Source: Verrucomicrobiales bacterium
GTDB lineage: Bacteria > Verrucomicrobiota > Verrucomicrobiia > Verrucomicrobiales > V1-33
Direction: 5' to 3'
DNA: 39,866 bases
Assembly (NCBI GenBank): GCA_947462995.1
Contig: CANHUG010000001.1
Coordinates: 1-39,866, forward strand
Shown: piece after piece, positions 32,650 to 39,866 of the stretch
Position numbering within the stretch: the stretch's first letter is position 1
Layout of the letters: every line of letters begins with the position of its first letter
Translations under genes and position numbers: made by a program
Notes under the pieces: model-generated
What the model was told of the DNA's origin: nothing
Databases searched by the model: none
The model's input: the letters and a program-made list of their open reading frames with translations, nothing else

Positions 32650-34395
32650 TCACAATGACGCCGGCAGCAACCCAGTGAAGAGGTCCGTGTCCCCTTTGCG
32701 GATCTTCACCACCGCGCCGGCACTTGCGAAGTCCAGCATCAGGTCCCCGCGCGCCGCGTCTGGCTCGGTATCCCAGCGCAGCTTCGCTTCACCCCCGGCA
32801 CTCACCAGCACCCCGCGCACCACCCCGTCGATCAGCACCGCATACTCCCCGTCCTCTAGCGCCTCGGCCTCCACCTCAAGACTGACAATCCCCGCCACCC
32901 CGAAGTCCGCAGCAGCCGTCACCACCGCCGCCGCCGGCGCTTCCGCCGTCCGCGTCAGGACCACCGCGCCAGCCGGAGTCTCACCACCGCCACCATCCTC
33001 ACCATCCGCCACTCCGGGACCAGCCGCAGGCACGTTCCCCGTGAAATACACCGCCTCACCCTGCACAATGCTCACCGGCAATCCCGCCGCCGCAAAATCC
33101 AGCGGCAGCCTCCCCTCCGATATCTTCGCCTCGGTGTCCCAGCGGACTTTACCCTTGCCTCCCGATACCGTCATCACCGCTCGCTCCTCGCCCCCGATCA
33201 CCACCGTGTAACTCCCCGCCTCAAGGGCCTCAACCTCCAACTCCAGCGATACCACCCCGGCTCCGCCAAACTCCGCTTCAAGCTTGCCCTTCGCACTCAC
33301 CGGAGCAGCCGGCCCCGGAATCAACCGGTCAGACCCCGGCGTCACCACCACTCCAACACCCGTCGGCGCATCCGGCGGCTGCGGCACCGTGCCCGCAAAG
33401 TAAACCACTCCAGCCCTGCCAACCGTGATCGACTTCCCGATCACATCAATTGTCAGGTTGATCTCATCCTGGTCGTTCGCATTCGTCTCCCACTGCTGCT
33501 CGCCCTCGCCACCAGCATCAATCACCATCTGCCCGATCACCACTCCATCGACCGTCACGTCCACCGCACCAGCCGTAAGGCCGCGCGCATCAAGCTCCAG
33601 CTCCACCTTGCCGGTCGCCATCCGCTGAATCTTCACACGGCTCCGGCTGCCCGAAGGAGCCGCCTGCCGCGCAAGACTGACCTGCACTTCCAGCTCGTCG
33701 GCTTCACCACGGTGATCCGGGTCGTTGTTGTCCTCGACTCCGTCATTGTCGTCATCCGCATCCGCACGGTCCGGAAGGCTGTCACCATCGTCGTTATCCT
33801 CCGCCGCATCGTCATCGGCGCGATTGTCTCCATCCGTATCCATCTCGGCGTTGTCATCATTGTTCCTCCCGTCGCCGTCCACGTCCGCATCATTGTCATC
33901 GCTCGTGTTGTCACCGTCGATATCCATCTCCGTGTCGTCGTCGTCCGCAAATCCATCCCCGTCGATGTCGTCTTCCGCAGCCTCATCGTCATTCTGCCCG
34001 TCGCCATCAACATCCCGCTCCGCCGCACTGTCATCATTCCGGCGGTCCCCATCCGTATCGTTCTCCAGGGGGCTGTCGTCCGCACGGCCATCACCATCAA
34101 TGTCACGGTCGGCCAGCGATCCATCGTCCTGCCCGTCGTCATCAATGTCACGCTCCGCAGGACTGTCGTTGTCGAGGTGGTCCCCGATGTGCTTCCCGGC
34201 ATGCGGTCCGGACCGGGCAATTCCGCCATCAATGTTGCGGTCAAGGGCATTCGGTACCCCGTCGTTGTCAATGTCAGGATCGACAATGTTCGGTACCCCG
34301 TCTCCGTCAAGATCAGGCGCCCGCCCCGCCGCACTGGCGGAAGCTGCGGCAAACAGGGTGGCGGCGACAAGGGCGCTGAGGGATCGGCTTTTCAT
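32650..34395 (-). CDS. Secreted hyper-acidic thrombospondin-type-3-like calcium-binding repeat protein with three ~105-aa beta-rich repeats (581 aa)
   Basis: The ATG at 34395 gives MKSRSLSALVAATLFAAASASAAG, a signal peptide. About 225 aa of DxDxDGxxDD-type repeats follow (DLDGDGVPNIVDPDIDNDGVPNALD...DIDGDGRADD...DVDGDGQNDD...DIDGDGFADDDD...DVDGDGRNNDD...). Then come three related modules, each ending (Y/L)F(A/T)G..P and containing (R/Q)W(D/E)T(E/N) and L.(L/I)DF/DV motifs. It has no RF.RL.V tail. Confidence 0.85.
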   Translation of the reverse strand: MKSRSLSALVAATLFAAASASAAGRAPDLDGDGVPNIVDPDIDNDGVPNALDRNIDGGIARSGPHAGKHIGDHLDNDSPAERDIDDDGQDDGSLADRDIDGDGRADDSPLENDTDGDRRNDDSAAERDVDGDGQNDDEAAEDDIDGDGFADDDDTEMDIDGDNTSDDNDADVDGDGRNNDDNAEMDTDGDNRADDDAAEDNDDGDSLPDRADADDDNDGVEDNNDPDHRGEADELEVQVSLARQAAPSGSRSRVKIQRMATGKVELELDARGLTAGAVDVTVDGVVIGQMVIDAGGEGEQQWETNANDQDEINLTIDVIGKSITVGRAGVVYFAGTVPQPPDAPTGVGVVVTPGSDRLIPGPAAPVSAKGKLEAEFGGAGVVSLELEVEALEAGSYTVVIGGEERAVMTVSGGKGKVRWDTEAKISEGRLPLDFAAAGLPVSIVQGEAVYFTGNVPAAGPGVADGEDGGGGETPAGAVVLTRTAEAPAAAVVTAAADFGVAGIVSLEVEAEALEDGEYAVLIDGVVRGVLVSAGGEAKLRWDTEPDAARGDLMLDFASAGAVVKIRKGDTDLFTGLLPASL

Positions 34396-34501
34396 TTTTT
34401 GTGCAATGGTTGGGGCGCTCACGTGAATATTGGATCGGATCGCCGGATGAATCAAAGTGTCTGAGGTAACGGTGTGGTTGGGAAATCGTCGGCCCTCCAT
34501 C

Positions 34502-37156
34502 TCAGCGCACCACGCGGTGCCTCAAAAACCGTCTCCGTGCCCCCGGCAACGCGCTCCCATCACGAATCAAAACCTCCCTCACCCCCGCCCCCGCAATCTC
34601 GCCCGACACATACCCAACCCCGCTCCATGGCCCGCCATACACGCTCATCGCCAACGTGTTCCATGGCCCCGCAAGATCGTCCGCCACCTCCACCGATACA
34701 GTCACATCGCTCCGCGCCGGATCCCGCCGCACTCTGCTCTCCAGCACCCCGCCCAACCCCATCACCACCTCCGGCAGCGACCCGGCATCATTCACCGTCG
34801 GATTCAGCAGCAGCCCGTATTCCGCAAGATTCGGCACGCCGTCGAAATCAGGATCCCCCAGATCCGCCGCTTCCGCATCGCCCAGCCACTCCTGTTTCCA
34901 CTGCTGCAGCGGCCCAAACGCGGAAAACCGGAACACCGTGCCACCACCACCCGCCCCGCCCGCAGGCGTCGTCCCCGTCACCACACCGTCCGCCCCAACC
35001 AACACCCCACCCGTCACCACCAATCCACCATCCACAAAACCTCCCCGCCCCGGAGCCTCCCCGCCATTCCCAGTAAAAGAAAACAATCCCTCCAGGCCCA
35101 CCCCCGCACGGTACTTCCAGACCGCCCCATACCCTCCCGTCCCGCCTTCCGTCGTCATCCCGTAAAGCGCTCCATCCGCACCCACCGCAACCGACCCCGC
35201 CGGCACCACACCCGTCGCCCCTCCAAACTCCGCCACCACCGCCCAGTCATTGCTCGCAGGCCGCACCCGGATCAGCGCCCCGCCATCCGCCGCCCCTCCC
35301 CGACTCACCGTCCCGTACAAATTCCCGTCAACCCCTAACACCAACCCACCCAGCGGCACCCGCGGCCCACTCGCCGTAAACTCCCCGACCGTCGTCAGCA
35401 CCCCGCTCGCAGACACCCGGAAAATCGTCCCTGCATCCGCCGCCCCACCGCCTTCTGTCATCCCGTAATAACTCGCATTCGGCGCTAACACAACTCCACC
35501 CCGGGGGCGCAATCCCTTCGCCGTCCCTGCCGTTCCCGTAAAGCTAACCACCCGCGTCCGCACTCCCGCCGCCGTCACTTTGTAAATCGTTCCCCGCCCC
35601 GTCGCCCCGCCTTCCCTCGCCGTCCCGTACATCCCCCCGTCACTCCCCAATACCAGCGGCCCCTCCGGCAGGCTCCCGCCACTCAACGTCGCCGCCGACA
35701 CAGCCGCCAATCCCGCCTCGCCAAACCGATACACCGTTCCCCGCCCATTCGCCCCGCCTCCAGACGCCACCCCGTAATAATCCGCACCCACCCGCACTAA
35801 CGTCCCCTCCGGCGCACTGCCGATCAGCCCGCCTAACATCACATCCACCGCCACCGCCCCGCCCGCTCCCATCCGCACCACCGTCCCGCCACCATTCAAC
35901 CCACCCGTCCGCATCGGAAAAAGCCAGTCCGCACCTCTCGCCACCGGCGCTCCCGACGGCATCCAACCCATCGGCGCCCCAAACGCCGCAACCACCCCAT
36001 ACACCCCACCCGTCGACACCCTGAAAATCCCGCCATTCTCCCCCACCATCCCCGCACTGACACTCCCGTACAGCCAGCCATCGCCTCCCAGCGTCAACCC
36101 GCCCCGCGGCACCGATCCCGCCGCCGCCCCCACCGTCCCCGTCAACGATGCCACCACCGCATGCACCCCGCCAGTCGTCAGGCTGAACACAGTCCCGAAC
36201 CCACCCGCGCCCCCGCTAGCCGTAGTCCCATACAGCAACCCATTACTCGCCCGCGCCAGCGCCCCCGTCGGCTGCGATCCCGTCGCATCCGCAAACGCCC
36301 GCAAACTCGTGAACGCCCCCGCCGTCGTCAGCCGCCACGCCGTCCCGAAATCGTTAGCACCCCCGAACTCCGTCGTCCCGTATAGATTCCCGTCACTGTT
36401 CAGCAGCAACCCGCCCCCAGGATTCGCCCCTGGCCGCGCCCCTCCCGTCCCGCTGAATTCCGCTAGCAATCCATACACCCCGCTCGTCGTCACACTGAAC
36501 ACCGTCCCAAGACCTGCACTCCCGCCCTCGCGCGTCACGCCGTACAATGTGTTCCCATTGAACACCATCGCCCCCACCGGCCCGGACCCTTTCGCCGCTC
36601 CACCCGTACCCGTGAACTCCACCAGCGTCGTCAGCACCCCGCCAGTCGTCAGCCGGAACACCGTCCCGAACCCGCCCGCACCACCAGCCGCCGTCGTCCC
36701 GTAAAAATTCCCGTCACCGTGCCGCACCAGTTGCTGCGGCACCGCCCCGCGCGCCGCACCACCCGTCCCCGTAAACGAAAGCACCGTCGCAAACTGCCCA
36801 GCCTCCGTCACCCGGAACACCGTCCCGTACCCGCCCGCACCACCCTCACTCGTCGTCCCGAAAAACTCCCCGCCCAACCCAGCCGTCAACCCGCTCACCG
36901 GACCCGCCCCATCACTCCCGCCAAACGAATGCACCGTCCTAACCACGCCGTCACCACCCACCCTGACCACTGACCCCAGTCCATTCGCCCCGCCCGCCGA
37001 CGCCGTCGCATACCACCGCCCATCCCCCCCGGCACTCAACGGTGCCATCGGCTGCACCGCCGGCCGCTCAAACGCCGCCACCAACTCATACCCCGCCAAC
37101 GCCCGCATCGCCGTGCACGCCATAGCTGAAAGTCCGATCGTCAGGTGTCGCTTCAT
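34502..37156 (-). CDS. Secreted GloVer (Gloeo_Verruco) tandem-repeat protein with the shared C-terminal module (884 aa from the ATG at 37156)
   Basis: Signal peptide MKRHLTIGLSAMACTAMRALAG. About 14 repeats of ~47-50 aa follow, of pattern G.LYGTT..GGa.g.GTvFrl...G..t.l..F.g..Ga.p.g.L....dG, which is the signature I recall for the choice-of-anchor GloVer repeat. The tail is LQQWKQEWLGDAEAADLGDPDFDGVPNLAEYGLLLNP...RRRFLRHRVVR. The track start 37195 is GTG. Confidence 0.88.
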   Translation of the reverse strand: MKRHLTIGLSAMACTAMRALAGYELVAAFERPAVQPMAPLSAGGDGRWYATASAGGANGLGSVVRVGGDGVVRTVHSFGGSDGAGPVSGLTAGLGGEFFGTTSEGGAGGYGTVFRVTEAGQFATVLSFTGTGGAARGAVPQQLVRHGDGNFYGTTAAGGAGGFGTVFRLTTGGVLTTLVEFTGTGGAAKGSGPVGAMVFNGNTLYGVTREGGSAGLGTVFSVTTSGVYGLLAEFSGTGGARPGANPGGGLLLNSDGNLYGTTEFGGANDFGTAWRLTTAGAFTSLRAFADATGSQPTGALARASNGLLYGTTASGGAGGFGTVFSLTTGGVHAVVASLTGTVGAAAGSVPRGGLTLGGDGWLYGSVSAGMVGENGGIFRVSTGGVYGVVAAFGAPMGWMPSGAPVARGADWLFPMRTGGLNGGGTVVRMGAGGAVAVDVMLGGLIGSAPEGTLVRVGADYYGVASGGGANGRGTVYRFGEAGLAAVSAATLSGGSLPEGPLVLGSDGGMYGTAREGGATGRGTIYKVTAAGVRTRVVSFTGTAGTAKGLRPRGGVVLAPNASYYGMTEGGGAADAGTIFRVSASGVLTTVGEFTASGPRVPLGGLVLGVDGNLYGTVSRGGAADGGALIRVRPASNDWAVVAEFGGATGVVPAGSVAVGADGALYGMTTEGGTGGYGAVWKYRAGVGLEGLFSFTGNGGEAPGRGGFVDGGLVVTGGVLVGADGVVTGTTPAGGAGGGGTVFRFSAFGPLQQWKQEWLGDAEAADLGDPDFDGVPNLAEYGLLLNPTVNDAGSLPEVVMGLGGVLESRVRRDPARSDVTVSVEVADDLAGPWNTLAMSVYGGPWSGVGYVSGEIAGAGVREVLIRDGSALPGARRRFLRHRVVR

Positions 37157-37270
37157 GATTTCCCCATCGTTAACCACGCCCGCTCTCCCGGCCACCCGCT
37201 CTCCGTAACCGTCACGTTACGCTTCAACAGTTTCCAAATCCTCTTCCCGCGCCATCATCCCCTCCATCGC

Positions 37271-38692
37271 ATGAACCCGCCAACCCGCCACCGCTCCCAT
37301 GCGCTCCTCGTGGCTGCCGCCAGCACAGGAGCCATCGCGGGTTCGCTCGGCACTCTCGCCTTCCAGCACTGGCAAAACCCCACCATTTCCGGGACGGCCG
37401 TTTCCGCTCCCGGGACCCAAGCGTCGCCGGTCCGGTATCCGGCGCTCACCGCCCGGACCGGCGACCACAGGGTCAAACTCTCCCAGATTATCAACGCAGA
37501 TGACCTCGAACACAAGAGCGTCGATCTCCAGCGCCTCGGCTCGGAAGTCGCCGCCACCGACCAGGCCCTCGCCCTCCGCATGGCCGGCGGCATCGCCAGC
37601 CAGGCCGATCGCTCCGATTTCCTCCGCGGGGTCGTCGCCGCCATGGCCGACCGCGACCCGCTCGCCGCCGCACAATTCGCCCTCCAGCAATTCTCCCCGG
37701 GAGCCCTCCAGGCCGACGCCCTCCGCATCTCCCTCGGCAAATGGGGTGCATCCAACCCCCGCGACGCCTACGCATGGGCCAACTCTAACCTCTCAGGTCC
37801 CGTCAAGGACGAAGCCATCAACGCCGTCGCCTCACACTGGGCCGCCAACGCCCCCGACCAGGCCGCCAAGTGGTTCACGGAAACCGGCAGCACTTCCCAA
37901 CCGCTCCTAACCGCTCTCGTGGGCTCATGGGCCGCAAAATCCCCGGCCGACGCCGCACGCTGGGTCGAAACCCTCCCGGACGCCATCAACCGCGACACCG
38001 GCCGCGTCGTCGCCGCCCGCGAATGGGCCGCCCAGAACCCCACCGAGGCCGCCGCCGCCTACCCTAACCCCCCACCGGAACTCGCCGCCGTCCTCGCCGA
38101 CATCTGGGGTTCCTCCAATCCCGCCGACGCCGCCCATTGGGTCAACCAACTCCCTAGCGGCCCCAGCCGCGAAGAAGCCGCCGCCACCCTCGCCACCGTC
38201 TGGGCCGCCAGCGACATCAACGCCGCCGCCGCATGGTCCGCTAACCTCCCGGATCCCTCCGTCCGCGCCGCCGCCGTCGAACACATCGCCGCCACATGGG
38301 GCGCCATCGACCCCGACAACGCCATCGCATGGCTCGGCACCCAACCCGACAACCTCCGCGACCGCGGCTACCTCGGTGCCTACAACTCATGGGCCGGCAC
38401 CGACCCCGACGGGCTCGCCGACTGGATCTCCCAACTCCCCGCCAGCCCACAGGCCGACACCGCGCGCCGCAGTCTCGGAGAGGTCACCATCGAATCCGAC
38501 CCCGCCGCCGCCATGGACCTCGCCCTCGGCATGAACCCAGCCTCCCAAGCCGACACCGCCGGCCGCTGGTTCCGCTCATGGTGCCGCTCCGACGACGCAG
38601 CCGCCCAGGATTGGCTCCAGCAGAACTGGAACACTCTCCCGGACGCCACCCGCGCCCGCCTCGGCTCGGAACAGTCCCGCTCCCAGCCCTGA
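37271..38692 (+). CDS. Membrane-anchored alpha-helical repeat protein (473 aa), paralog of 23503-24828
   Basis: The ATG at 37271 gives MNPPTRHRSHALLVAAASTGAIAGSLGTLAF, a TM anchor. About 10 repeats follow with the same W...nP.dA..W...LP.g..r....a...W periodicity (for example NPADAAHWVNQLPSGPSREEAAATLATVWAASDINAAAAWSANLPDPSVRAAAVEHIAATW). It is divergent from the GloVer gene, with a 114-nt spacer. Confidence 0.78.
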   Translation: MNPPTRHRSHALLVAAASTGAIAGSLGTLAFQHWQNPTISGTAVSAPGTQASPVRYPALTARTGDHRVKLSQIINADDLEHKSVDLQRLGSEVAATDQALALRMAGGIASQADRSDFLRGVVAAMADRDPLAAAQFALQQFSPGALQADALRISLGKWGASNPRDAYAWANSNLSGPVKDEAINAVASHWAANAPDQAAKWFTETGSTSQPLLTALVGSWAAKSPADAARWVETLPDAINRDTGRVVAAREWAAQNPTEAAAAYPNPPPELAAVLADIWGSSNPADAAHWVNQLPSGPSREEAAATLATVWAASDINAAAAWSANLPDPSVRAAAVEHIAATWGAIDPDNAIAWLGTQPDNLRDRGYLGAYNSWAGTDPDGLADWISQLPASPQADTARRSLGEVTIESDPAAAMDLALGMNPASQADTAGRWFRSWCRSDDAAAQDWLQQNWNTLPDATRARLGSEQSRSQP

Positions 38693-38711
38693 CCGGCCTC
38701 AGCACGCTGGC

Positions 38712-39089
38712 TCAGCTCAGCTCGGCGATCACTTCGATCTCCACAAGGGAATCCAGCGGCAGCTTCGCCACCTGCACCGTGCTCCGCGCCGGCTTGTGAC
38801 TCCCAAACGCCGCCGCATACAGCTCGTTCATCGCCGCAAAATCCCCCAGATCCTTCATAAACACGGTCGCCTTCACCACGTTCGCAAACGTCGCCCCCGC
38901 CGCCGCCAGCAACGCACTCAAATTCGCCAGCACCTGCTCAGTCTGCCCCCGGATCTCCACCGCCTCGATCTTCATCGTCGCTGGATTCAACGGCAGCATC
39001 CCCGCACAAAACAGCAGATGCCCGCTCCGGATCGCCTGCGAATAAGGCCCGACCGCCGCCGGTGCTTGTTCAGAACTGATAATCTCCAT
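38712..39089 (-). CDS. ridA: RidA/YjgF family reactive-intermediate (enamine/imine) deaminase (125 aa)
   Basis: MEIISSEQAPAAVGPYSQAIRSGHLLFCAGMLPLNP.T........I..QTEQVLANLSALLAAAGATFANVVKATVFMKDLGDFAAMNELYAAAF....PARSTVQVAKLPLDSLVEIEVIA is the canonical RidA sequence pattern. Only the last 125 codons of the 311-codon track ORF are used. Confidence 0.92.
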   Translation of the reverse strand: MEIISSEQAPAAVGPYSQAIRSGHLLFCAGMLPLNPATMKIEAVEIRGQTEQVLANLSALLAAAGATFANVVKATVFMKDLGDFAAMNELYAAAFGSHKPARSTVQVAKLPLDSLVEIEVIAELS

Positions 39090-39194
39090 AGGCCCCAACC
39101 CATGCACACCTCCCGCCGCGCGTCGAGCGCTTACGTCGACTGATGCCCGCCCGCCGCTTGCAAGTTGCCCGTACCCGCGGACGTAGCCTTTGCT

Positions 39195-39689
39195 ATGTCC
39201 GCGCCCTCCCACCCTCCCTCCACCCTCAAAAGGGTCACCGGGATGCTCCTCCATCCGGTCATCCTCTGCATCATCATCGCCTTCATCCTCGTCGGCATCG
39301 GCGACCAGTACCCTTTCTCCCCCTTCCCCATGTACAGCCGCATCGACGGCAAAGCGGAAGTCCTCTACGTCACTAACGAAAAAGACGAGCCCATGCCGCT
39401 CTCCAAAATGTTCGGCAACGGCTCCGCCCAGCTCAAAAAACGCTTCGAATCCAACCTCTTCGACGTCGCCAAAACCAAAGACTGGTGGAAAACCACCGAA
39501 CCTCAGCGCCAGGAGGCCGCCGACCGCTTCCTCTCCCGCGAAATCGAAAAACTCGACGCCTCCAAACGCGCCAAATACCCAGCCTCCTCCCTCAAGGTCT
39601 GGCTCATCAGCGTCACCATGGACGGCTCCAACTTCAGCAAACAGCACGTCTTCATGGGCTCCAAACCCCTCACCCCTGCCGCCCCGTGA
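39195..39689 (+). CDS. Hypothetical membrane-anchored protein (164 aa)
   Basis: The ATG at 39195 is preferred (the track start 39165 is TTG). One TM segment is present (MLLHPVILCIIIAFILVGI), followed by a Lys/Glu-rich soluble part with ordinary composition. The stop overlaps the next start (GTGA at 39686-39689). Confidence 0.6.
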   Translation: MSAPSHPPSTLKRVTGMLLHPVILCIIIAFILVGIGDQYPFSPFPMYSRIDGKAEVLYVTNEKDEPMPLSKMFGNGSAQLKKRFESNLFDVAKTKDWWKTTEPQRQEAADRFLSREIEKLDASKRAKYPASSLKVWLISVTMDGSNFSKQHVFMGSKPLTPAAP

Positions 39690-39866
39690 ACAAACTCCGC
39701 GAATTCCTCAGGCTCCGCCCCATGGCGTGGAACGCCGACGAAACCTTCGTCATGCGCTTCCTCTTCTCCCTCGTCCTCTACTTCATGGCCATCCACTGGG
39801 AACTCAGCCCCAGCTACGCCGAAGTCCCCAAACCCAACGGCTTCGCCAAAATCTTCCCCGTCGGCT
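39686..39866 (+). CDS. Hypothetical membrane protein, 5' partial (runs off the window end)
   Basis: The open frame VNKLREFLRLRPMAWNADETFVMRFLFSLVLYFMAIHWELSPSYAEVPKPNGFAKIFPVG continues to the window end and has a hydrophobic segment. It is translationally coupled to the upstream ORF. An in-frame ATG lies at 39722. The family is not recognisable from 60 aa. Confidence 0.4.
   Translation, partial: MNKLREFLRLRPMAWNADETFVMRFLFSLVLYFMAIHWELSPSYAEVPKPNGFAKIFPVG

Noticed and set aside
33633-34464. Three 233-250-aa ORFs in other frames over the acidic TSP3-like region
   Set aside because: They arise because GAC/GAT-rich repeats lack stops in several frames. Their translations are monotonous (T/M/R, V/I/R or S/P-rich). 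The minus frame with the signal peptide and DxDxDG loops is the coherent one.
34457-36704. Plus-strand ORFs antisense to the GloVer gene (34457..35338, 34474..35076, 36309..36704 and others)
   Set aside because: Pro/Arg/Thr-rich antisense frames opposite a regular 14-repeat coding frame.
39090-39647. N-terminal 186 codons of the 311-aa minus-strand track ORF containing RidA
   Set aside because: This is a Gly/Glu/Asp/Val/Phe low-complexity extension antisense to the 39195-39689 gene. RidA proteins are ~125 aa, and a proper ATG (39089) precedes the conserved MEIISSEQAP... start.

Overview
High-GC (roughly 62-70% by hand counts) bacterial chromosomal window. It is probably from Verrucomicrobiota; that is an inference from the GloVer-type and delta-60-type repeat proteins and from the intergenic repeat families. 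About 24 kb (~60%) encodes seven signal-peptide-bearing repeat proteins. These are two tandem delta-60-like beta-propeller proteins (4800-8081, 8488-10173) and a 3361-aa FG-GAP/VCBS giant built from five [7-blade propeller + Fn3-like + Ig-like] super-modules (10414-20499, minus). The others form a minus-strand run: a GloVer-repeat protein, a hyper-acidic thrombospondin-type-3-like protein, an InlB-B-repeat-like protein, and a secreted nine-heme c-type cytochrome followed directly by an OmpR-type response regulator and a histidine kinase (25359-37156). Six of the seven end in a related C-terminal module: a DxDGDG..NL.EYA.G.DP loop (absent from the 871-aa protein) plus a terminal RF.RL.V-like strand. 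I flag this module as a candidate lineage-specific sorting or anchoring tag; it is the most interesting signal in the window. Housekeeping content: partial prc-like S41 protease, MBL hydrolase, tRNA-Asn(GTT), yceD-rpmF with a clean intrinsic terminator, ltaE, a GNAT and RidA. There is a small accessory islet (about 2195-4260) holding a ParE/RelE-like toxin-antitoxin pair bracketed by ~120-bp direct repeats, followed by ~45-47% GC orphan ORFs. Three intergenic repeat families are present. Two paralogous membrane-anchored helical-repeat proteins bracket the cytochrome/adhesin cluster. All family assignments come from motif recognition by eye and memory; no database search was run. Many long ORFs in the supplied track are alternative-frame or antisense artefacts of GC-rich DNA and are rejected.
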